Of a DNA stretch of 64,000 nucleotides, positions 1 to 9,095 are shown piece by piece. Made by a program: the position numbers and the translations under genes. Every line of letters begins with the position of its first letter. The stretch's first letter is position 1. The notes under the pieces were generated by a model. That model saw only the letters and a program-made list of their open reading frames with translations, had not been told where the DNA came from and did not search any database. The DNA is from Alphaproteobacteria bacterium (GTDB lineage: Bacteria > Pseudomonadota > Alphaproteobacteria > Rhodobacterales > Rhodobacteraceae), in contig JAADIJ010000042.1 in assembly GCA_013151335.1 (NCBI GenBank), forward strand, positions 6,480 to 70,479. The letters run 5' to 3'.

Positions 1-1455
1 ATGCTTGGGTCGTTTGAATTTCGCGACCGCCGTTTCAATCCCGGCCCTGACATCATCAAGGTCAATTTCCTCGCCCGCCCTTGGCACCAGCACCGCCACA
101 ACCGCCTCGCCAAAATCAGGATGAGGCACACCGATCACCGCCGTTTCCAGCACGCCGGGCAGGCCATCCAGCAGCAACTCCAACTCTTTTGGATAGATAT
201 TCAGCCCGCCGGAAATAATCATATCGTTTTGTCGGCCAACAATGCTGACATAGCCGTCGCCATCGATAATCCCGAGATCGCCAGTGATAAAAAACCCCGA
301 GGCTCGCAACTCCTGCGCGGTTTTCTCGGGCATCTGCCAATAGCCCGCAAACAGGTTTGGCCCACGCACCTCCAGCATCCCGATCTCGTTTTCACCAAGC
401 CGCTCGCCGGTTTCAGGGTCAGTCACAATCACCTCAACCCCCGGCAACGAGAGGCCAACCGTTCCCGCCCGACGTGCGCCATCATACGGGTTCGACGTGT
501 TCATATTGGTTTCGGTCATACCGTAACGCTCTAAAATCGCGTGACCAGTCACCTCGCGCCACCGCTCATGGGTTTCGCTCAGCAAGGGCGCCGAGCCCGA
601 GATAAACAGCCGCATATTGCGCGAAGCGTGCGCAAGCGACGGCTGGTTCAGCAGGCGGGTATAAAACGTCGGAACCCCCATCATCGCCGTGGCCTCGGGC
701 ATCACCGAACAGATCGCCGCCGCATCAAATCGAGGCATAAATATCGCGCGTCCACCAGCCATCAAGGTGATGTTGGTGGCAACAAACAAACCGTGAGTGT
801 GAAAAATCGGCAATGCGTGGATCAGCACATCATGCGCGCTAAATCGCCAGTATTGCTTGAGGGTTTGCGAGTTTGACGCCAACGCCCCATGGCTCAGCAT
901 CGCCCCTTTAGAGCGCCCGGTCGTTCCCGAAGTATAAAGGGTCGCCGCCAGATCATCGGCCCCGTGAGCACGCGCCTCAAACCCCATGTTTTGGGCATCA
1001 CGCGCAGCGATCAGGCTGCCGGTCTCATCCCCAGACAAGCTCCAAATATCGGCCACCTGAGCCGCACGCGCCACCTCGCCCAACGCCTCGATCTTGCTTG
1101 GATCACACACCAACAGCTTTGGCGTGGCATCCCCCAAAAAGTAGCTGACCTCGCTGGTGGTATAGCCCGGATTAAGCGGCAAAAACACCGCGCCAGCCAG
1201 CAGCGTGGCCACATAAAGCTCCAACATCGCCACCGATTTCTCCACCTGAACGGCCACACGGTCGCCAGGACAAACGCCAACCTCAACCAAGGCGGCGGCC
1301 AGCTTTTCGGCGTTGGAAAAGAACTCGCCAAAGCTGACGACCTCACACCCCGGATGCCGGATCACAAAAACATCGCCCTCGCGACCAACACTCGCCGCGC
1401 GCAATTGCGCCGCCAGATGATTGCCAAGATATGCACCGGGAAGGGTTGCTGTCAT
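1..1455 (-). CDS. AMP-dependent acyl-CoA synthetase/ligase, malonyl-CoA synthetase (MatB)-like; C-terminal end runs off the window
   Basis: Not in the supplied ORF track because it is open at the window edge. My minus-strand translation from ATG (plus-strand CAT 1453-1455) reads MTATLPGAYLGNHLAAQL... and stays open in frame to base 1 (485 codons). It contains AMP-binding signatures LYTSGTTGRSKGAML, ERYGMTETNMNTSNP and ITGDLGIIDGDGYVSIVGRQNDMIISGGLNIYPKE. Plus-strand ORFs 1..534, 541..876 and 889..1470 are its antisense shadows. Confidence 0.85.
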   Translation of the reverse strand, partial: MTATLPGAYLGNHLAAQLRAASVGREGDVFVIRHPGCEVVSFGEFFSNAEKLAAALVEVGVCPGDRVAVQVEKSVAMLELYVATLLAGAVFLPLNPGYTTSEVSYFLGDATPKLLVCDPSKIEALGEVARAAQVADIWSLSGDETGSLIAARDAQNMGFEARAHGADDLAATLYTSGTTGRSKGAMLSHGALASNSQTLKQYWRFSAHDVLIHALPIFHTHGLFVATNITLMAGGRAIFMPRFDAAAICSVMPEATAMMGVPTFYTRLLNQPSLAHASRNMRLFISGSAPLLSETHERWREVTGHAILERYGMTETNMNTSNPYDGARRAGTVGLSLPGVEVIVTDPETGERLGENEIGMLEVRGPNLFAGYWQMPEKTAQELRASGFFITGDLGIIDGDGYVSIVGRQNDMIISGGLNIYPKELELLLDGLPGVLETAVIGVPHPDFGEAVVAVLVPRAGEEIDLDDVRAGIETAVAKFKRPKH

Positions 1456-1623
1456 CTCGTCGCCTCATGAGAAATTACTGCGTCACCTCCCGATTTGCCC
1501 GAGTTCCACCGCCCAAGTCAATTGGCGACAAGCCCCCAACGCCCATTGAGCGCGCTGCCCGAATGGCTTATTGAGCCTCTAAACCCTGTCGCCACGCGAT
1601 AAACTCATGAGAAGGCCGATCAA

Positions 1624-2235
1624 TTGACCAATTACACCTACAAAGGCGACCTGCCTGACGATTTGAACCTCGGCCAAGTGGTCGCAATTGACTGCGAGAC
1701 CATGGGCCTCAATCCCCATCGCGACCGCCTGTGCGTGGTGCAGCTTTCCTCGGGCGACGGCCATGCCCATGTGGTGCAGATCGCCCAAAACCAGACCAGC
1801 GCGCCCAATCTCTCGCGCCTGCTACTTGATCCTGATGTGCTGAAACTGTTTCACTTTGGCCGCTTTGACATTGCCGCGATGTATAATCGGTTCGGCGCGC
1901 TGGCCGCCCCGGTTTATTGCACCAAGATCGCCAGCAAGCTGATCCGCACCTATACCGACCGTCACGGGCTGAAAAATCTGTTGCAGGAATTGCTGTCGAT
2001 CGACATCTCCAAACAACAGCAAAGCTCTGATTGGGGGGCAGAGACACTGACCCGCGCGCAGATCGATTACGCCGCCTCTGACGTGTTATATCTGCACCAG
2101 TTGCGCGAAAAGCTCGACGTCAACCTGCAGCGCGAAAACCGCGCCGATCTGGCCAAAGCCTGCTTTGAGTTCCTGCCCCAACGCGCCTTGCTCGACCTTG
2201 AGGGCTGGCCTGAAATTGACATATTTGCCCATTAA
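1624..2235 (+). CDS. Short RNase D-like 3'-5' exonuclease (DEDD family)
   Basis: 203 aa. Exo motifs VAIDCETMGL, KLFHFGRFDIAAM and YAASDVLYLHQL. The start is TTG at 1624; the upstream in-frame ATG at 1607 hits a stop. Confidence 0.8.
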   Translation: MTNYTYKGDLPDDLNLGQVVAIDCETMGLNPHRDRLCVVQLSSGDGHAHVVQIAQNQTSAPNLSRLLLDPDVLKLFHFGRFDIAAMYNRFGALAAPVYCTKIASKLIRTYTDRHGLKNLLQELLSIDISKQQQSSDWGAETLTRAQIDYAASDVLYLHQLREKLDVNLQRENRADLAKACFEFLPQRALLDLEGWPEIDIFAH

Positions 2236-2241
2236 ATCTGA

Positions 2242-3219
2242 GTGATGACCATGCCTTCGCTAAAAACCACCGCATTGAAAACCGGCCGCAGCGTCATCGC
2301 GCGCGAGGCCGAGGCTTTGTCGATGCTGGCCCACGCGCTTGACGATAATTTTGCGCGCGCGGTCACGCTTTTGCTAGAGGCCAAGGGTCGCGTGATCATC
2401 AGTGGCATGGGCAAATCCGGCCATATCGCACGAAAAATTGCCGCAACGCTGGCCTCCACCGGCACGCCTGCCCATTTTGTTCATCCCGCAGAGGCCAGCC
2501 ACGGTGATCTCGGCATGATGGCGGAGGGAGACACCGCGCTGGTCTTGTCAAACTCCGGCGAAACACCCGAGCTGGCCGACATTATCGCCTACACCCGCCG
2601 GTTCCAAATTCCGCTGATCGGTGTTGCCGGACGCGCGGGCAGCACCTTGCTCAAACAAGCCGATGTAGCCCTGCTTTTGCCCGACGCACCGGAGGCCTGC
2701 GAGCATGGGATCGTGCCCACATGCTCAACCACCATGACACTTGCCCTTGGCGATGCACTGGCTATCGCCTTGATGCAACACAGAAAATTCACGCCAGAGA
2801 ACTTTCGCATATTCCATCCCGGCGGCAAGCTTGGCGCACAGCTTTCGACCGTTGCCGACCTTATGCACCAAGGCGATGAAATCCCGCTGATCTCGCCTGA
2901 AACCCCCATGAGCGAAGCGCTGTTAACCATCAGCCAAAAGGGATTTGGCGTGGTAGGCGTGGTCGCAGACGGCAAGCTTGTTGGCGCAATCACCGACGGG
3001 GATTTACGCCGCAACATGCAAGGCCTGCTGGAAAAAACCGCCGCCGATGTCATGACGCACAGCCCGAAAATGATCGCAGCCGACGCCTTGGCCGTAGAGG
3101 CGCTCGGCATCATGAACAGCGGCAAAATCACCACGCTGTTCGTCAGCAAAACCGCCGATTGCACCGAGGTCAGCGGCGTTTTGCACATTCACGATTGCCT
3201 GCGTGCCGGGGTTGGCTGA
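2242..3219 (+). CDS. kdsD: Arabinose-5-phosphate isomerase (KdsD/KpsF; SIS + 2xCBS)
   Basis: SIS motif ISGMGKSGHIARKIAATLASTG with a tandem CBS C-terminus. Lies directly upstream of lptC-lptA-lptB. The ORF-track start is GTG; ATG at 2245 or 2251 is also possible. Confidence 0.9.
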   Translation: MMTMPSLKTTALKTGRSVIAREAEALSMLAHALDDNFARAVTLLLEAKGRVIISGMGKSGHIARKIAATLASTGTPAHFVHPAEASHGDLGMMAEGDTALVLSNSGETPELADIIAYTRRFQIPLIGVAGRAGSTLLKQADVALLLPDAPEACEHGIVPTCSTTMTLALGDALAIALMQHRKFTPENFRIFHPGGKLGAQLSTVADLMHQGDEIPLISPETPMSEALLTISQKGFGVVGVVADGKLVGAITDGDLRRNMQGLLEKTAADVMTHSPKMIAADALAVEALGIMNSGKITTLFVSKTADCTEVSGVLHIHDCLRAGVG

Positions 3220-3837
3220 ATGCGCAGGCGCAACATCAACGCCTATTCGCGCTTTGTCGCTTGGGCAAAAATCATCCTGCCACTAACCGGATTGGCGATC
3301 CTCAGCGGGTTGTTTTTGTTCTCTGAAACCAGCGCGCCCGACTTGCCTGTGGGGATAACCAAGGCCGAGCTCAATGATTTTGCCAGCAAACAACGCATCA
3401 CCAATCCGCGCTTTGCCGGCATGACCACCTCGGGCATCGCCATCCAGCTTTCCGCCGCCGAGGCCAGCCCGGATAGCCGCGACGCAACCGCCTATACCGC
3501 CAATGATCTGCACGCCAAAATAGAGATGCCCGACGGGGCCACCATCGCCATTACCGCATTGCGCGGCACGATCGATTCAATCTCACGGTTTGCCCAACTG
3601 ACGGACGAAATCTCTCTGACCACATCCGACGGTTATGTGGCCAAAACCTTTGGCCTGCGCTTTTCTCTGGATCAGCTCGATATCACAAGTCAGGGCGAGA
3701 TCACCGCCAAAGGACCGCTGGGTCTGATCAAGGCTGGCGGCTTGCAAATTATATCTGAAACATCGGGCAAACGGGGTGACAGTGGCGGGTATGTTCTGCT
3801 GTTCAAAGATGGCGTAAAGCTGATATACAAGCCCTGA
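3220..3837 (+). CDS. lptC: LPS export protein LptC-like (single N-terminal TM anchor)
   Basis: 205 aa with an N-terminal TM helix IILPLTGLAILSGLFLF. The ATG abuts the kdsD stop. Called mainly from its position between kdsD and lptA; the sequence itself is weakly diagnostic. Confidence 0.6.
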   Translation: MRRRNINAYSRFVAWAKIILPLTGLAILSGLFLFSETSAPDLPVGITKAELNDFASKQRITNPRFAGMTTSGIAIQLSAAEASPDSRDATAYTANDLHAKIEMPDGATIAITALRGTIDSISRFAQLTDEISLTTSDGYVAKTFGLRFSLDQLDITSQGEITAKGPLGLIKAGGLQIISETSGKRGDSGGYVLLFKDGVKLIYKP

Positions 3838-3857
3838 CAACCGTTTATAGGCAGATT

Positions 3858-4373
3858 ATGAATAGAAAAATTAAAATATTGATCGTTGGGACTTTGGCGA
3901 TTTTCATGACCCAGACCGCTCCTGCGCTGGCGCAATCGACCTCGGTGCCGTTTGGCGGACTGAGCCACGACACCAGCCAGCAGGTCGAGATCGTGTCCGA
4001 CAGCTTCACCGTTTCGCAAAGCGACGGCACCGCCGAATTCGTCGGCAATGTTGTCGTCGGTCAGGGCGATATGCGCCTGTCAGCCGGTAAAATCGTGGTT
4101 AAATACGCGGCTGGCGACGGCAAAGCCACGGGCCGCATCAACCTTTTGATCGCCTCGGGAGGCGTCACGCTGGTCAGCGGTACCGAGGCGGCAGAGGCCA
4201 AGCGCGCGGTTTATTCGATCAAAAAGGGCAACATCGTCATGACCGGAGACGTGATCCTGACCCAAGGCAAAAACGTGTTGTCCGGCCAGAAAATGATCAT
4301 CGATCTTAAGACCGGATCGGCCAAAATCGAAGGCCGCGTCAAGACCATTTTCCAGACCGGCACCTCAAAATGA
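3858..4373 (+). CDS. lptA: LPS transport periplasmic protein LptA (OstA-like)
   Basis: Signal peptide ending APALAQ. Repetitive OstA-type strands ([43 protein letters not shown]). ATGA overlap with lptB. Confidence 0.8.
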   Translation: MNRKIKILIVGTLAIFMTQTAPALAQSTSVPFGGLSHDTSQQVEIVSDSFTVSQSDGTAEFVGNVVVGQGDMRLSAGKIVVKYAAGDGKATGRINLLIASGGVTLVSGTEAAEAKRAVYSIKKGNIVMTGDVILTQGKNVLSGQKMIIDLKTGSAKIEGRVKTIFQTGTSK

Positions 4374-5131
4374 CCACGGCTCCGGACCTCCAGCTTGCCG
4401 ATATCAGCGGCGGTCTCTCGGTCCGAAATCTCGGCAAAAGCTACAAGCGCCGCCGGGTGATCCATGACGTCTCGATGGACCTCAACCGAGGCGAAGTGGT
4501 AGCCCTGCTTGGTCCCAATGGTGCTGGCAAAACCACCTGTTTTTACGCAATCGCCGGTCTCGTCACACCAGAGGCCGGTCGGGTTTTCGTCGAAGGCCGC
4601 GATGTCACCACCTTGCCGATGTATCGCCGCGCGCGGCTCGGGATTGGCTATCTGCCGCAAGAGGCCTCTATTTTTCGCGGCATGACCGTTGAGGATAACA
4701 TCACGGCGATCCTTGAACGCTGGGTGCCGGATCGCAAAAAACGCCACGAGCGACTGGAGGAACTGCTGGGCGAGTTTTCCGTCGAACACCTGCGCCGCGC
4801 CTCCGCCATGTCGCTTTCCGGTGGCGAGCGTCGTCGCGTCGAGATCGCCCGCTGTCTGGCCAGCGAGCCGAAATATGTGCTGCTGGACGAGCCGTTTGCC
4901 GGTGTTGACCCAATCGCAGTCGCCGATATTCGCCACCTCGTCTCGCAGCTCAAAAATCGCGGCATCGGCGTGCTGATTACCGACCACAACGTGCGCGAGA
5001 CCCTCGGCATCGTTGATCGCGCCTATATTTTGCACGAGGGCCAAGTGCTGATGAGCGGAACTGCCGAGGAGGTCGTGAACGACGAAAACGTTCGCCGCGT
5101 CTATCTCGGCCAGAATTTCCGCATCATCTAA
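4370..5131 (+). CDS. lptB: LPS export ABC transporter ATPase LptB
   Basis: Walker [13 protein letters not shown] signature [13 protein letters not shown], Walker [13 protein letters not shown]. Confidence 0.93.
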   Translation: MTTAPDLQLADISGGLSVRNLGKSYKRRRVIHDVSMDLNRGEVVALLGPNGAGKTTCFYAIAGLVTPEAGRVFVEGRDVTTLPMYRRARLGIGYLPQEASIFRGMTVEDNITAILERWVPDRKKRHERLEELLGEFSVEHLRRASAMSLSGGERRRVEIARCLASEPKYVLLDEPFAGVDPIAVADIRHLVSQLKNRGIGVLITDHNVRETLGIVDRAYILHEGQVLMSGTAEEVVNDENVRRVYLGQNFRII

Positions 5132-5149
5132 GCGGCGCGCGAGGCCAAT

Positions 5150-6442
5150 ATGTCGCTCAAACCCGGCCTGCGCCTCAGCCAATCCCAGCGCCTGACGCTA
5201 ACCCCGGCCCTGCGCCAGTCGATCTCTGTTCTGGGCATGTCGAACTCCGAGCTGCTCGATCATGTCGAGGCCGAACTGGCCCAAAACCCGCTTTTGCTGG
5301 CCGAAACATCGCGATATTCCGGCGCTTCGGGAGATTTTGACCTCGCGCTTGATACCGTTGCCGCCCGCAAAACCCGAGGGGAAAATCTGCGCGACCAAAT
5401 CGCCCTACTTGCCGCAAATCGCCAAACCGCCCTGATCGCCGGATATCTGGCTGATGACCTGACCGACGAGGGCTATCTTTGCGACGACGACGCGGAACTG
5501 GCGCAAACGTTGAAGATCGATGTCAGCGAAATCACCAAGGCCATCTCGCTGTTGCAGCGCTGCGAGCCGACCGGGATCGGGGCCAGAAACCTGCGCGAAT
5601 GTCTTGATTTACAACTTTGCGCGCTAGAACAACCGCCACAAATTCGCGAGCTAATCCTTGATAATCTAGGCCTTTTTGCTGACTCCGATTGGGCAAAACT
5701 GCAAAATCTATCGGGCCAAAGCCGCGCCGATCTTGACATTCTAAACGATCTTTTACGCGCGCTGAACCCATTTCCGGGCGAGGATCTTTCACCCAATATG
5801 GCCGAGGTTCTTTACCCCGATATTCGCATAACACCGCTGCCCGAGGGCGGATTTTCAATCGAATCCGTCAACTCCACCTTGCCGTCGCTTACCGTGAACG
5901 CCGATTTGATGAATGAAAAATCCACCGCCAACGCTGAGGCCACACAATATTTCAACGATCGTATTTCGCGCGCCAAAATCCTGATCCGCGCGATTGAAGC
6001 ACGCTCAAAAACCATCCTGCGGGTCGGCCGGCAGATCGCGACCGAGCAACACAGGTTTTTCGCCGACGGGCACGCCCATCTGCGGCCTCTGCGTCAGATC
6101 GACGTGGCACAATCGCTCGGACTGCATCCATCAACCGTGGCCCGCGCCATCGCCAACAAGGCGCTGGAGTGTCGTTTTGGCATCCTGCCGCTCAAATTTT
6201 TCTTCACGCCGGGATTGAAGTCCCTGACCGACCAACAAGCCGTATCGGCCTATGTTATCCAACAGCGGATCACTCGGCTGGTTCATGCCGAAAATCCGGC
6301 GCAAATCCTGTCCGATGCGAAAATTACAGCGCATTTACAGCAAAGTGGAGTTGACATCGCACGCCGTACTGTAGCCAAATACAGACAATGTCTGAAAATT
6401 CCGTCGTCAGTTCAGCGCCGCAAGTCAAAGAAACTTCTTTGA
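5150..6442 (+). CDS. rpoN: RNA polymerase sigma-54 factor RpoN
   Basis: Region I LRLSQSQRLTLTPALRQSI and a C-terminal RpoN box ARRTVAKYRQCL. At 430 aa it has a short region II. Canonical position after lptB. Confidence 0.93.
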   Translation: MSLKPGLRLSQSQRLTLTPALRQSISVLGMSNSELLDHVEAELAQNPLLLAETSRYSGASGDFDLALDTVAARKTRGENLRDQIALLAANRQTALIAGYLADDLTDEGYLCDDDAELAQTLKIDVSEITKAISLLQRCEPTGIGARNLRECLDLQLCALEQPPQIRELILDNLGLFADSDWAKLQNLSGQSRADLDILNDLLRALNPFPGEDLSPNMAEVLYPDIRITPLPEGGFSIESVNSTLPSLTVNADLMNEKSTANAEATQYFNDRISRAKILIRAIEARSKTILRVGRQIATEQHRFFADGHAHLRPLRQIDVAQSLGLHPSTVARAIANKALECRFGILPLKFFFTPGLKSLTDQQAVSAYVIQQRITRLVHAENPAQILSDAKITAHLQQSGVDIARRTVAKYRQCLKIPSSVQRRKSKKLL

Positions 6443-6544
6443 GCGCGCGCACTTGTATTGTGCCCGACCCAATCCCCATTTTTCAGATATACCGCCCGCG
6501 TAATGTTAGCGGGCCTCAATTTCCCAACTAAAGAAGGAGAGAAA

Positions 6545-7114
6545 ATGCGCTATCAAATCAGCGGCAAGCAAATCGACATCGGCGACGCTTTGCGCGAGCA
6601 TGTAGAAACCGAACTTGGCGAGGCAGTTCGCAAATATGCCCAGCGTCCGACCGATGCTCAAGTGGTATTTTCCAAGGATGCGACCGAGTTTGTTTGCGAG
6701 GCCACCGTCCACCTGTCAACCGGCCTGACCACACAAGCGAGCGCGCATGCCTTTGATATTTATGAGTCTTTTGAACAGTGTAGCGAGAAAATCGAAAAAC
6801 AGATGCGTCGGTATAAGCGGCGATTGAAGGATCATCACAAGGATCACGAATCACCGGTTGAATCTATGATAGCATCGTCCTATATCCTCGCCGGATCAGA
6901 TGACGACTCGCAAGAGCCGGAACCGGAGACATTGCAGCCTATCATCGTTGCCGAGTTGACGACCAAGATCAACTCTCTCTCGGTCGGCGAGGCGGTCATG
7001 CAGATGGAACTGAACCACGCGTCGGTCTTGGTGTTCAACAACGAGCGCCACAATCGCCTCAACGTGGTCTATAAACGAGACGACGGAAATATCGGTTGGA
7101 TTGACCCGTCATAA
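6545..7114 (+). CDS. hpf: Ribosome hibernation promoting factor (long HPF)
   Basis: MRYQISGKQIDIGDALREHVE... N-terminus. RBS AAGGAGAG at 6533-6540 precedes ATG 6545. The ORF-track start 6458 is an upstream extension. Conserved rpoN-hpf-ptsN order. Confidence 0.9.
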   Translation: MRYQISGKQIDIGDALREHVETELGEAVRKYAQRPTDAQVVFSKDATEFVCEATVHLSTGLTTQASAHAFDIYESFEQCSEKIEKQMRRYKRRLKDHHKDHESPVESMIASSYILAGSDDDSQEPEPETLQPIIVAELTTKINSLSVGEAVMQMELNHASVLVFNNERHNRLNVVYKRDDGNIGWIDPS

Positions 7115-7172
7115 GCCATAATTGGCCGGAACTGGAGGCTCTGGAACCGGCCACTAAAGAGCGGGGGGATCG

Positions 7173-7637
7173 ATGGAGCTTTCTGAAATCCTTAAGCCGA
7201 GTGCCGTCAAATCAATCGGCCAGTCCGTCAGTAAAAAGCGTCTGTTGCAAGAGTTGTCAGCTCTTGCAGCGGAGCTTTATGATATTGACGAGAACACGGC
7301 CTTTGATGCGTTGCAAGAACGCGAAAGCCTCGGCCCGACCGGCGTTGGCGAAGGTATTGCCATTCCGCATGCTCGAATTGAGGGCCTGAAATCGGTGGTT
7401 GCGGTGTTCTTCCGGCTTGAAAAACCTATGGAGTATGATTCGGTTGACCGCATACCCGTCGACCTTATTTTCACATTGTTTGCGCCGATGGATTCAGGTG
7501 TTGATCATTTGAAGGCGCTGGCCGTCGTGTCGCGACTTCTGCGCCAGCCATCCGTGCGCGCTAAGCTGCGCGCCAATGACGACCCGTCAGTCCTTTACAC
7601 GATCTTAACCGAGGTTAATGCCAGCAAAGCCGCCTGA
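7173..7637 (+). CDS. ptsN: Nitrogen-regulatory PTS EIIA protein PtsN
   Basis: EIIA type-2 fold with phosphorylatable His in GIAIPHARIEG. Follows rpoN-hpf. Confidence 0.9.
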   Translation: MELSEILKPSAVKSIGQSVSKKRLLQELSALAAELYDIDENTAFDALQERESLGPTGVGEGIAIPHARIEGLKSVVAVFFRLEKPMEYDSVDRIPVDLIFTLFAPMDSGVDHLKALAVVSRLLRQPSVRAKLRANDDPSVLYTILTEVNASKAA

Positions 7638-7649
7638 GCGACGCCGCCA

Positions 7650-9095
7650 TCACCCCTCCCAATCGCCAAACCCGAAATTCAGATAGTCCCGCACATAAAT
7701 CTCGCGGGTCTTTTTCTCGATCTCGGGGTCGTAAATCTGTGACAGGGAAAATGGCGCGAACGGCAACTCTGGCGCCTCAATCTTGCGGCCCCCCGGAAAA
7801 CCACAAATATCCTCAATATAAGCGCAAGTCGTTGCCAAGTCCTGCTCCTTCACGATGTGCATGGGCGACATAACGCCCGAAAACCCTTTGAGAACAGCGC
7901 TCTGACTGGCCCAAGCGGCATCAACGCGAAGATTGGTCTGACCAGCCAAACTCTTCTTGAGAAAACCTAAGAAATCCAGAAATGCCGCTTTATGCGCAGC
8001 CAGATCATAGCCAGTCGCATCCGCGTCGTTCTTGGGAATGCCGATCTTGAATTCGCGAATAAGCACTTTGCGAATATCTTGATAGGTTGCCTGATGAGCG
8101 GGCAAAATATAGGTGCAAAAGGCAAAATATGCCCGAGCTACCGGATGGCGAACCACGGTAATGCTCTGAAAATCACGCCGCGACCGCAGCCATTCCCGCA
8201 GGGATTTCTGGCTGAACTCACCCAAAAGCGCCGCCCCGCCAAGCGCTGTCTCATGCGCCTTGATCCAATCCACAACCGCTGCACCGGGCGCAGCTTTTAT
8301 CGGCATGAACAAAAGTGCTGCTTTGTCGCCCGCCACATATTGCGGCACGCTCGCCCCACGTCGAGGCTCAAAGCTTGGCGCGCTATTCAACCCCATCAAA
8401 TCCATGTCACCGAGAGCGCCGATCATCGCGACGAAATTGGCAACCTTGCTTTCCAGAGAGGCCGGATTTTGTTTTTTCAGCTTGCGGCTAAGCGACGGAA
8501 TTTGGTGGTTCGAGCCAAGAAACCGCGCCAAACCATTGATCACGTCAAGCGAGCCGATATCGTCGTAATTAATATAAAATGCCGTCTGCCCGCTGGTTTG
8601 CAAACCATTAAGCAGGCGCAACTGAAACTCTTGCAAGCGCTCCAGATATTCGCTGAACTCCTGCGCATCAAAGTCGATCATCGCGGTTTTTTGGTGTTTC
8701 ACGTTGGTCAGCCGCCACTGATTGGTGACAGCGGCGATCTTGCGCGACACATAGCTGTCCAGAGGGTTGCGCGTCAAAATCACCTTCGCACAATCTCGAT
8801 CCTCAAGACATCGCGCCAAGACCCTTGGATCGTGGTCGCCGAAAAACCGAAACCCCGGCATCTCGTCAGGATTGGCCGTGCACATGGCATCAAGCAACGT
8901 GATCGGGTCTTTTTGCCGCGCGCCAAGATCAATACCGAACATGTTGTCCTTTTTAGGGCCGCCAACAAAATGCGGGTTGAACAGTTCCCCGTAGCTGGTC
9001 AAATCAGGGAATAAATTGATGTTCTCTTCCAGATAGTTCGACCCGGTTCGCATATCTGCAAACACCACAAAATACCGAAATTGCCGCCCAGCCAT
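7650..9095 (-). CDS. Two-domain sulfotransferase (NodH/Stf0-like N-half fused to sulfotransferase-family-2-like C-half)
   Basis: 481 aa. N-half: FVVFADMRTGSNYLEENI (5'-PSB-like) and ILTRNPLDSYVSRKIA (3'-PB-like). C-half: LLFMPIKAAPGAAVVDWI and VVRHPVARAYFAF (RHPxxR). The start ATG overlaps the upstream GT14 stop as TGATG. Confidence 0.7.
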   Translation of the reverse strand: MAGRQFRYFVVFADMRTGSNYLEENINLFPDLTSYGELFNPHFVGGPKKDNMFGIDLGARQKDPITLLDAMCTANPDEMPGFRFFGDHDPRVLARCLEDRDCAKVILTRNPLDSYVSRKIAAVTNQWRLTNVKHQKTAMIDFDAQEFSEYLERLQEFQLRLLNGLQTSGQTAFYINYDDIGSLDVINGLARFLGSNHQIPSLSRKLKKQNPASLESKVANFVAMIGALGDMDLMGLNSAPSFEPRRGASVPQYVAGDKAALLFMPIKAAPGAAVVDWIKAHETALGGAALLGEFSQKSLREWLRSRRDFQSITVVRHPVARAYFAFCTYILPAHQATYQDIRKVLIREFKIGIPKNDADATGYDLAAHKAAFLDFLGFLKKSLAGQTNLRVDAAWASQSAVLKGFSGVMSPMHIVKEQDLATTCAYIEDICGFPGGRKIEAPELPFAPFSLSQIYDPEIEKKTREIYVRDYLNFGFGDWEG

